Below are positions 13,901 through 23,500 of a stretch of DNA of 64,000 nt, in pieces. Each line of letters starts with the position of its first letter. Positions within the stretch are counted from its first letter, which is position 1. This DNA is from Pavona decussata (lineage: Eukaryota). Under the pieces are notes generated by a model, which was given only the letters and a program-made list of their open reading frames with translations, had not been told where the DNA came from and searched no databases. The stretch covers positions 3,906,001 through 3,970,000 of the forward strand of contig CDRNST010000123.1 in the NCBI GenBank assembly GCA_977016875.1. The letters run 5' to 3'. The translations under genes were made by a program, and so were the position numbers.

Positions 13901-16900
13901 AGCAGTCGGCTGCGGAACTGTCAGATGGCGCGTCGTTGAGAAATCTCGACCACAGAAACTCATTCAGACCACATTTTACAGCGGTCAAATCGACCTCCTC
14001 ATTAAAAAAAATACAAACAAAAAAGCAACGTTTTCGGGATGAACTAAAATGTCAATCAGGACTCTCTGCAAGGAAGAAGACGGCTTTACATAAATTAACT
14101 TTGCAGTTCTAACTGCCGATCTACAAACAAACATCGAACTTCCACCTCCATTGACCAAAAAGCCTCGTTTAAGATCTCTTTTTGAAGCTCTCAAAATGCT
14201 CTATTGTCATTAATACATATCACACTTAGAAATGTTTTGCGAAAAAAACTAAATGCATATTAAGTCCCAAGTCATTCTATGCAGTTTATTCACACATCAA
14301 GAACAATAGGATACAATAATAAACTCTGCCGCTCGTGGTCACATAATTGCGCTATTGTTCCATTCCTTTGAAGTCGCTTTAGGTCCTCATCCAAAAGATC
14401 TCACCTTTTTTCAAAGGAATGAAACCGAACTTATTCAACACGTTTTCGGTGGTTTCCGAAGTGATGCCCAAAGGACTAAAAACGAGCCTTCAAGCTACAA
14501 AATCCAGCGGTTTTTCCCATTTCTCAATGACACACTTAAATCGGCGTGAAGTTGTAATGTTAATCTGTATCGCTATTTTTGACCTTGCATGCTATTTTTT
14601 TCTCAAATGTTTTTTGATTGTCTCCCGTCTATTCGTTTCAATTGTAATTGTATCAACTGTCGATCAGTCTTCAAACATTATAGTAACAACTCTGTAATGA
14701 GGAAGCCTTATTCTATAAGCCCTATGGTTTCTCCTAAGGCTCCCTCACCACTTTCTCTGTAATATAATTATATTTTTTTTACTCTTACTTTGGTTTTTTT
14801 TTTTTTTTTTTTGGAACCTGTGTGGTGAAACAAACAATGACTGGTGAAATAAAATATGAAAAAACATTCAGTGTTGGAACGTTGCTGTACATGTACCTTT
14901 CATAAGTGCATTCTGGTGATTTAAAACACGGATCTGTTTTGTCATCTCTTCCTCTTGTGACTCCAGCTTTCTGGTCAATTCTTCAATTTTTCTGCCACGT
15001 GCCTTGTATAATATCTGAAGCTGCACATCCTGTGACCCATCCACCAAAAAATCATTGGAAACTTTGTTTGTTTGCGTAGCATGCCTGTCAGAGCCTCTGT
15101 CACTGATGTGTGGAAAGGCTTCATTCTGCTTATGATATTGAACTCGATAATTCCCTGGAGTATCCATCCTGTAATGATTCTGATCATCTTCATTCTTGGC
15201 ACTGTTGTCATAGAGATCCTGACCATGCCCTGGGGTATCTTCTACTGTATAGCCTCCATAATCTTCATCGAAATCATGAACATCAGATCCATTTGCTGTT
15301 GGATAATGAGGCTGATAAGTTCCATACTGCTCAAACTCCTCGTCCACATCATCATCATCATTAGGTGACTTGGGATAATTTGTATCACCTCCATTGTGGT
15401 CATAACTTTGCTTGTGCTCGTCAACTTGACCATCAAAAGGGCTTAATTCTTGTTCCCTGTATCCATAATAACCTGGATGGCCATAATCACTTTGCTTGTA
15501 CTCATCAACTTGACCATCAAAAGAGCTTCCTTGCTCTCTGTAACCAAAATAAACTGGATGGTCATAATGCTGTTCATAGTGATGCCCTGAGTCATAATTG
15601 TATGGCTGATTTATCATTCCTGCATTTGAATCTTGGTTTTGTCCTGACCCATTTATAAAGTGGAATGCACGCTGAGTGATCAAAGGAGGCCTTTCAAATG
15701 CACCTCCCTCAGAAGGTATCAATGTCTTGGTCTCTTGTCCATTTAAGATGGTTTGATGTTCTTGTTCAGTGAAATCCTCGGAGTACGGCGTGTCTCGACT
15801 GTAGCCAGAACTCCTGAGATCATGGGAAGAGAATGATGCATCATCATCCAGAAGGCCATCGTCAAGTTCACTGTTCAACAGTTCTCGGATCTTATAAGAA
15901 CAAGCCAAGTTCAACAAATCAATTACACCAGTGCACTACAAGTAGATGTGATACAGAGTTGAGGAAACCCAAATCTATCAAGAAGAAACCCCTTACACTG
16001 GAAAGGCTTGGTGCATGAGAGGAAGTTGATTTTTATGTCTATTTGTTTGTTTCTTTGCTTTTTGCAGTTTTTTTTAAATCATGAACAATAATGTTTCTCT
16101 TTAGGGGTGGTCATTTTTTTTTTAATCAATTGTCTGCCTTGATAAAATCCTTCAGAAACATTATTTACTTATTGCAGGGCAGATTCTGTAGTTCATGCAT
16201 AAACTGCAGTGGCTAAGTCTACATGAAGTAGTTTTAGGCCCGGTTCAGACAACGTATCAAATTCGAAGTTGTACCAACCCAAATTATTAATCCAGGCAGA
16301 GTTGATTCAGACGCTGAACTTAATTCAGCCAAAATTAATACACTGAAGCATACCATGACTGAAGAAAATAGCAGATTTGTAATAATTTATGCATATTTTG
16401 ATTTGGCTCATGTGAAGTACAGCGTCTAAATCAAAGCTGGTCCACAGCCGTTATTCCCGGCTGAGTCAGGTGGGAATAACGGCTGAGTAGATCTGAATTA
16501 GGTTGGCTGATCTGAATTGATTCAGCCATACTTGAATCACATGAACTTAATTCATTGAATTCGATTCGCCTCATGTGAAGTACGGCATTTGAACCAGGCC
16601 TAACGCTTTTTGGCCTGGAAACATCCATTCTAACCCTCTCACAACTATCCTTAAATGTTTTCTCAACAATTCCCTTCTTTATAACTTATGTTAAATTCTA
16701 AATTACTCCTACGACAAAACAATGAGTGTAAAAGTGATAGTCTGAAAAAGGTGCTGTCCTACAAACTGTGCAGTGTACCAATAATATACATTGCACTTTT
16801 TAGATCAGGGCCCAGTTGTTCAAAGCCCGATTAAGCTAATCCTGGGTTAACGTGAACTTTGATCCTAGTTTAATTACTAATGAATAAAGTTTTGCCAAAA

Positions 16901-19900
16901 CATTTTTGTCCCTCAGTTTTGGCGTCGACATTTCTTTATCATTAGCTTACAATTAGCTTTTAAGAATCTTCTTAGTGAGCGTGCTAAAAAACCTTGGTTA
17001 ACTTTTAATCGTGGATTAACGTTAATCGGCTTTCGAAACACCAGGCCCAGGAGGTTGGTAAGTTAGAGAGGTCTCTCCTCTCCAAACAAAGTGTTCTAGG
17101 ATGTGTGACTTTTATCACTGATTCAGTAACCACAAAACACATACATAGTTTTCTGTATTATTTGGCTGCTTTTGCAAGAAGAAAATTAAATGTATTAAAA
17201 TCTTACTTCTTGTTCCCTTTCTTGGTCTTCTTTTTCCAGCGCCGCTTCTTCCTCATCTTCTAGCACCTGCAAATAAAGATGCATTGAAGACTGAAGATAA
17301 AAACTACTGCATTACCAGATTGATCAGTTGCTGGTCGTCACAGACACTGTTTGAAAGGTTCAGTTTCAGTGTTTCATGTAGGGGAGGCTAAAATTATTTT
17401 TTAAAGTGGGGGGCTCTAACACATCATGTATCTCTGTTTTTACTCCCACAGAACTGATAATTTGTAGCACTGACCTACAATTACACCTGTAACGAAATCT
17501 CAAGGGTCTTTTTTAATCAGTAAGGTGAAAACATGGAACACACCCCCTAAGACAATCACAGATAAAAAAATCCCTCTGAATTCAAAAGAACTCTCACACA
17601 CAACTGGGAGCTTTGCCAAGCCGACAATGCAACCTACCCTTTATTACATCAACACCACAATTCAATAGCATCACAGCACAAAAAAGAGTGAATAAACGGC
17701 TGATATGAAATTGAGCCTAGATACAAGAATAACGTAACTAGGGAACTACTTGAAACCTACAAAAAACTCAAAAAGCCATGCAGGGCGGGTGTGCGGGGAA
17801 GGTCAGGCAATGGAGGAAGGCAACAAAAACAACTGAACCCTGAAACGCCATGTGACCTGAAGACCCCCCGTACACTCAATCCGTACTCCCAGCCGTGTGT
17901 GAGAAAAACGTTTTCTGCTTCTTTTGTTCCAGTCAGCCAGAGGAAAACCACACTTCTTCAAATGTCAATGATATTTGTTCAGTCCTTTTTGGCTGGCGAC
18001 TTTGTACTTAGTTATATGTTATTATAATGTACATTATATCCTTACTATAATGTTAATTTAGTAAATACAGTACTCCATTTAAACCAGCCCTGCTGAAATG
18101 GCCATCTCCGGTGTAAATATTTGTTCAACTAAATGATAAATAAATAAATTTTAATCCCAGACACCTCATTTGCTCACAAAAGGAGGCATTTAATTTTTTT
18201 TTTTTTTTTTTAAGATAGGCTCATCTCAAGTCATTTAAAATGAAGGACGACTGAAAATCCACATTATTTACATGATCAAATTGAAATACGTATTTACTGA
18301 TTCCTTGGTCCTCAAATTTGAGATCATGTGATTATTTGTAAGCTACAGAATGAAATTGGTGGCAGTTGAAACAGGGTCATTTTAAAGTCATTTCCATTGA
18401 TCTCTGTGACCAGTAATCATTCTAATAAAATTAGACAGTATCACAAACCATCCACCATTGTTGTTTTTTCTTGTCTATGAGAGCAAAATAATAATTTTAT
18501 GTCATCCAAATAGGCCTTATCACGGTTTTCGACACCATTTTGACGGGTAGGCAAACACGTCTGAAATAACAGTGTTTGTATGGGAATCCGATGTCAAATA
18601 ATTTTCATAAAACATCGCTTCTGAAAAATTCCTGAATTGGAAACTTTTGGAACTAGGGTAAGGATTTTAAGAAAAAAATTGGAGTGATCTAGCTGTGCCA
18701 GAAAGCGTCCAGTCGTGTTTTGAACTTTCCATACATTTCCCTGTATTTTTTTCCCGCAAACTATTTTTAGTAGCAGTTCACGGCCGGTTTGCTATACAGA
18801 CAAATGTATGGAAAGTTCAAAACACGACTGGACGCTTTCTGGCACAGCTACATCCCTCAATTTTTTTTTACTTAAAATCATTTTCCTTGTGCCAAAAGTT
18901 TCCAATTCATGAATTTTTCAGATCCGATGTTTTTTGAAAATTATTTGACATCAGATTTCCATATAAACACTGTTATTTCAGACGTGTTTGCCTACTCGTC
19001 AAAATGGCGTCGAAAACCGTGATAAGGCCTATTAAAGTACATGCACTATTGCTAACTGAAACACTCAAGGAAAAACAAAACAAAATTTCTGAAGACTTTG
19101 AGATTGAAAGAAATAATAATGCTGGTTACTTATAGTATTTCAGTTCAATATAGAAAGAAAATTTAAGATAGATTAGGCTGTGATATATATCACAGGAGTC
19201 TATCTACAGTATTTGGTGCGCACTTTTGTTTTTAATCAAAATTGTGAACAGCTGCGCTTGCTGGATTAGTAATTTCCTGTGTTATCATTAAGAAGACTAA
19301 ACTTTTTTAATAGGCAGGGGGTATACAAATATTAAAAAAATACTAAAACCTACACTGTAATTTCATTTGAATCATTCACAAGAATTTGTCACTACAACTG
19401 AAGTTTTCACAACGTCATAATGATAGAGTGAAAAAAATTTAAAAAGCTTGCCCTAGTTCCAGTTTAAAACAAACATGCACAATGAAAAATAAATGCTCAT
19501 TTTCAGCTTGGTAGAAGTTTATTTCATTACACGGTAAATTTGGTTAATTTTAATTGACTTAGGCCACAAAACAATTTAGCAAAAAGGGAAAAAAATTAGC
19601 ATTTTTGACAGATGTGAACAGTGATATCATGCAAAATACTATAATTACTACAATGCAAACACTGGGATGATGTTCAGCTTATAAATAAAACACAAACCAT
19701 CTGTGAAAAAAACTCAAGGGATTTTTCAATTCAGCGTGGATGGTGATCACAAGATTACACTTGGAGTATTAAAGCTTATTTCAGGACTACACGAAAATCA
19801 AACTGGGGAAAGATGAATTCCTAAATGTTTTGACTCTTACTGTCATATCCGATAAAGTGAAGAAAGAATTTTGTGTATTGTAAATACTGTAATTAGGGTC

Positions 19901-20231
19901 AACAAAGTCGGTTTTACAATACAACAGCACACGAAACTCTTTGAAGTAAGCTTAGCGCCGAGTAATCGAAAGGAATATTTCTTCAAAGCGCGATCGCGAA
20001 ATACAAACCACTTTGATCTAGAACAAGAGTGTTTAAAACGATCTCAAGGAAGAAGTCAACTACGTTATAAGCTATTCCGAGATAAAAGGCGTGAAACATG
20101 AACAAAGTGATTCTAATGCCTTCATCGATGCATGCAAACAAGGTTCAAAACCTTTCAATAAGGTGCCTAACCTGAGCGTCGAAATTCACTTGACTGATCC
20201 CAACACTCATGCCAGAAAACTCCTTAGTCAT
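1154..20231 (-). CDS. CEP152: Centrosomal protein 152 (asterless) homologue; multi-exon, 3' end runs off the left edge of the window
   Basis: Phase-consistent GT-AG exons: 20231/20210-20172, 17266-17207, 15890-14897, 11874-11735, 11006-10806, 9357-9243, 9156-9065, 6594-6440, 6234-6051, 5579-5519, 5194-5139, 4338-4252, 3655-3612, 3353-3258, 2443-2308, 1300-1154. The translation gives an acidic N-terminus (EDQEREQEIRELLNSELDDGLLDDD) and the blocks QLQILYKARGR, SESLTRAKEQHESVV, INSLTKSLDSSQRQC, ELTELQEQVKMYESA, MVAEFDEDK and IKECYVQL, which match recalled vertebrate CEP152 segments. The protein is coiled-coil rich. Confidence 0.9.
1690..1891. mobile_element. Penelope-derived inverted pLTR pair carrying two hammerhead-like motifs
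   Basis: Imperfect ~90-bp inverted repeat. Plus copy 1825-1861: AAC-TTGAAAA-T-GACCTC-AGA-GAGGTC-GAAAC-ATC-GTT. Minus copy 1756-1720: AAC-TTGGAAA-T-GACCTT-AGA-GAGGTC-GAAAC-GTC-GTT. Confidence 0.6.
2922..3185 (+). mobile_element. tRNA-derived SINE
   Basis: tRNA-like head with A box (GGTGCAGTGGTGAG) and B box (GGTTCGATTCC), followed by a non-tRNA body. Confidence 0.75.
3432..3561. mobile_element. Small MITE (PIF/Harbinger-like GGCC termini)
   Basis: GGCCTGGTTGTTCAAAGAGTGGATAACTCTATCCAG...CTGGATAGAGTAATCCACTCTTTGAACAACCGGGACC. Confidence 0.7.
4817..4900. repeat. (AAT)n microsatellite, about 28 units
   Basis: Read directly from the sequence. Confidence 0.97.
5222..5432. repeat. Purine (GA)-rich low-complexity tract in a CEP152 intron
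   Basis: About 210 bp of mostly A/G on the plus strand. Confidence 0.8.
7903..9022. repeat. Tandem duplication of a ~268-bp unit; second copy split by a MITE
   Basis: 7903-8160 aligns with 8171-8309 plus 8904-9022. Confidence 0.85.
8310..8901. mobile_element. Tc1/mariner/pogo-type MITE with TA TSD
   Basis: TA|CAGTCAACTCTCTC...GAGAGAGTTGACTG|TA; internal GTGGTCGCTTACG repeats. Confidence 0.9.
11203..11558. mobile_element. MITE with AGCTTAAGCAACGAC termini
   Basis: GAGCTTAAGCAACGAC...GTCGTTGCTTAAGCTC inverted ends. Confidence 0.7.
12152..12547. mobile_element. MITE with CATAG termini and probable 6-bp TSD
   Basis: CATAGACCCCAAGT...ACTTGGGGGCTATG; flanks AAGATG / AAGACG. Confidence 0.6.
14897..15890 (-). 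CDS. CEP152: CEP152 large exon 3 (994 nt; acidic, Tyr/His/Gln-rich low-complexity N-terminal region)
   Basis: Lies within ORF 14868..15917; AG acceptor at 15892-15891, GT donor at 14896-14895; in phase with flanking exons. Confidence 0.88.
16236..16601. mobile_element. MITE (Harbinger-like)
   Basis: AGGCCCGGTTCA...TGAACCAGGCCT inverted ends. Confidence 0.65.
16808..17048. mobile_element. MITE (Harbinger-like); related copy at 57757-58001
   Basis: GGGCCCAGTTGTTCAAAGCCCGATTAAGCTAATCCTGGGTTAA...TTAACGTTAATCGGCTTTCGAAAC.CCAGGCCC. Confidence 0.7.
18509..19033. mobile_element. Foldback MITE, near-complete ~525-bp palindrome
   Basis: AATAGGCCTTATCACGGTTTTCGAC...GTCGAAAACCGTGATAAGGCCTATT; arms pair along about 225 bp. 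Confidence 0.9.
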
Positions 20232-20596
20232 CTACGGGGCCGTTTCTTCCTTGAATGACGCATTTTCTCACCGAAAGAGCAAGAAATTGAAGGGGTCAAC
20301 GATTAGTCGCTTTCCTGCTCGAAGACAACACGGGAGCTAATGTCATTTCTCAAGGGAATTTGCCCGCGAAAAAAATGCCAAGTACCAGTCTCCGTTCGCT
20401 TTCAATCAAAGGAGAGAGGAATCTGGGGATGATATATCCCATGAGCGTTTGTTGTCCTTTCATGAATGCCACGTATGGTTCAGCGCCATTTTGATCTAAC
20501 TAGAATTCTTACGTCGGTAAAAACCGACGTGCAGACGATCGATTTTGCTTGCTTTTCCGCCGATCTGACCAGAAAGCGGTCTTCAACTAGTGCGCA
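20232..20596. promoter_or_regulatory. Bidirectional promoter region between CEP152 and the TMED7-like gene
   Basis: Divergent start codons about 365 bp apart; CpG-enriched relative to the introns; YY1-like CGCCATTTTG at about 20484-20493. Confidence 0.65.
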
Positions 20597-23500
20597 ATGA
20601 ATTGGTGGAGTAATTTTTATGTAGGTTTTTTTGTAGCCTTGTTGACATTGATTGCCGTGGAGTGTACGGAGTTGACTTTCGAGTTGGAAGACAACGCTAG
20701 GCAGTGTTTCTTCGAAGATTTCAAGAAAGATGCCAAAGGAACGCTGGAATTTCAGGTCAGTAGTCATTTCGTCTTGGGTATGAAGACTGTAATTTTTTTA
20801 GATCAGTTGTTTTGTGCCCATCATTTGTTCATTAACCAAACCATATTAACTCTTACATCTTGATCAGTTGCTTGTGTCCACATGTTGTGTACCGGCTTCC
20901 ACTGCTAAACAATTAATATCGCCGTTGTCCATGTTTTGGCTTATTTCCTAAACGTACACATTAGTTAGTCAGAACTAAAGGGTGCGGATTTTTCTTCAAT
21001 GTTTTAAAAAATATCATTATTTTGACAAAAGAAAACTGTTGCAATTGTCAGATGGAAGGTTTTCACTAAGAATTACATTGAGTTAATTAAACTTGCCGTG
21101 GAGAGATGGTAATAAGCTTAAAATCCTTGGGATTACACAACTTCATAAGGGGAAGAGTTTGCATTTCATGGAATATACACATACAAAGTGTATTTAAAAA
21201 GAAGCTCCATGAAATGAGATTATCTTTCACTCTTTCCACTAAACCAGTCTTCAAACAAAATATTTCATTATGCACTGTACATTATATTGAAAAGTGTGGA
21301 TAGAGAAATGCAGAGAGATCTAACATTAGAATAAAGAGTTTGTTTCCACACTGGTAACTGGGCAGGACTTGAAAGTGAAGGAGAAAATTTCATTGCATTC
21401 AAGGTCATGAGTTGATCTCCTGCCAACTGGCTTTGTTGCAGTCACAATCTACATCCTAAAGCCTGGTCATACTCTTGCCATAAGCACAAGCATACCTGCA
21501 TTAGAAAAATTGTGCATGAACCAGTTTAAGATAAGCATTAGCAAAAGCCCCCGAAAAACTGCTTTCCTTTTTATGCTTGTGCTTATATCAGGGGTACTTG
21601 TGCTTATATCACAACCATGCATCAATGTGAGGTACCGTATTTACTCGTGTATAAGTCGACCTTTTGTGACCAAAAAATCAGCCCAAAAAATCGCCCTCAA
21701 CTTATACATGAGTCATACCCAAAAGCCTGACCAAGAAACCCAAGAAATTAGCATAACAATTACTCGAAGTCCATTAGGAAAACCGAGTTTACAAAACCAG
21801 TTCTAATTGTGTTCGAGTATTGACAGTTTTCGGTGCATTCTTCGTCAACAAAAATGGAATATAAATAAATATTACGTGGTTGAAATACAAACCTACTGGA
21901 GATGTTTCTGCTGTGTCTTTTTAACATAGAGCAGACATTTTTCTTAGAGCTTCGCTGCTGTTTACGGTGCTGAACGTTCGTTTTCATCAAACGATTACAG
22001 GAGCTTAGTGACCTGGCAAATGCTGTTGTCTCGCGCGGGCTTTTTTGTTACGCGCGTGGACCAATTATATAACTGTAACCAAAGGCTTGTTATGCTTGTT
22101 ACGCGCTCAAGCCAATTACAATGCAGTACACGAGCACATTTGTTTACTTTGTTGTTAGCGACCAGAAAAGGACCAATTACGTTGCAACTATAGGTTAACA
22201 AGAAAACAAAACTTACTTGTACGTGTTTTAGGCTACATTGTTAACAAGGTCTTGACCACGTTACTTCTCACCTGATTACGAGTTTACAAAGATGTCCTCA
22301 AAACGTATGAAATATTCCGCTAAGTTTAAGCTACAAGTCGTTAAGTTCGCACAGGAGTCAAACAACTGTGCAGCAGGCCGTGAATTCTGCGTCAATGAAA
22401 AGTTGGTTCGCGACTGGCGAAAGCAAGTCGAGAAACTGAAGTGCATGCCGAAGAACAAATGCAGCAACCGCGGGAAACCGTGCCAGTGGCCCAAGTTAGA
22501 AGACAAGCTTCTCTGTTGGATTGAAGAGCAAAGGCAAAGTGGCTACATTGTCACCCGCAACATGATCATCATCAAGGAGAAGGCAATGGCTGCTGAATTG
22601 CAGATAACCGGGTTCCTGGCTTCCAACTGCTGGTGTACAAACTTCCTTCGCCGGAAGAACCTTGCTCTTCGACAGAAGACGAAAATGGCACAAAAGTTCC
22701 CAGAAGATCTCGACCAGAAGATCACAAGCTTCCACAGCTACGTTATCAACCGCAGAAAGAAGGAAAATTACGAACTTGTTCACATTGGGAACATGGACGA
22801 AACTCCTGTCTCGTTTGACATGCCATCGGCCAGAACCGTCAATGCAAAGGGCGCAAAAACCTTGTTGGTTAACACAACTGGCCACGAGAAATCACGGTTC
22901 ACTGTTGTACTTGCGTGCCTGGCAGACGGGACAAAGCTAAAAGCCATGGTGATCTTCAAACGAAAGACCATGCCAAAAGAGAACTTTCCACCTGGAGTCC
23001 TCGTACACTGTCATCCGAAGGGGTGGATGGACAAAGCTGGAATGAAGCTGTGGGTAGAGAAAGTATGGCGATCACGACCCGGCGGTCTTCTGAGAAAGAA
23101 AAGTCTCCTTGTTTGGGACTCCTTCCAAGCTCATCTTGTCGACCCAGTGAAGCAAGCAGTGCGCCAGACAAACACCGACATCGCTGTAATCCCAGGTGGT
23201 TTAACCAGCATTCTTCAACCGCTAGACGTTTCCCTAAACAAGCCTTTTAAAGATCGTCTCCGTGAGCGATGGAACAACTGGATGATCGAAGGCCAGAAGA
23301 GCTTCACTCCTGCTGGAAACATGAGGGCAGCATCGCTTCCCACTGTATGTTCGTGGGTCCTGGATGCCTGGCGTAGCATTCCGGCCAAGATGGTAGCGCG
23401 ATCCTTCAAGAAGTGTGGCATTTCCAATTCGATGGATGGCACAGAGGATGAAATTCTCTGGGAGGAAACTGAAGATGTACCTACCACTTCAGTTGATGAG

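Noticed and set aside
13200-14700. CpG-richer block in CEP152 intron 3 as a nested gene
   Set aside because: No convincing ORF, exon chain or termini; probably decayed repeat
22276-23487. Several overlapping alternative-frame and antisense ORFs
   Set aside because: Shadows of the GC-richer transposase ORF; no recognisable motifs
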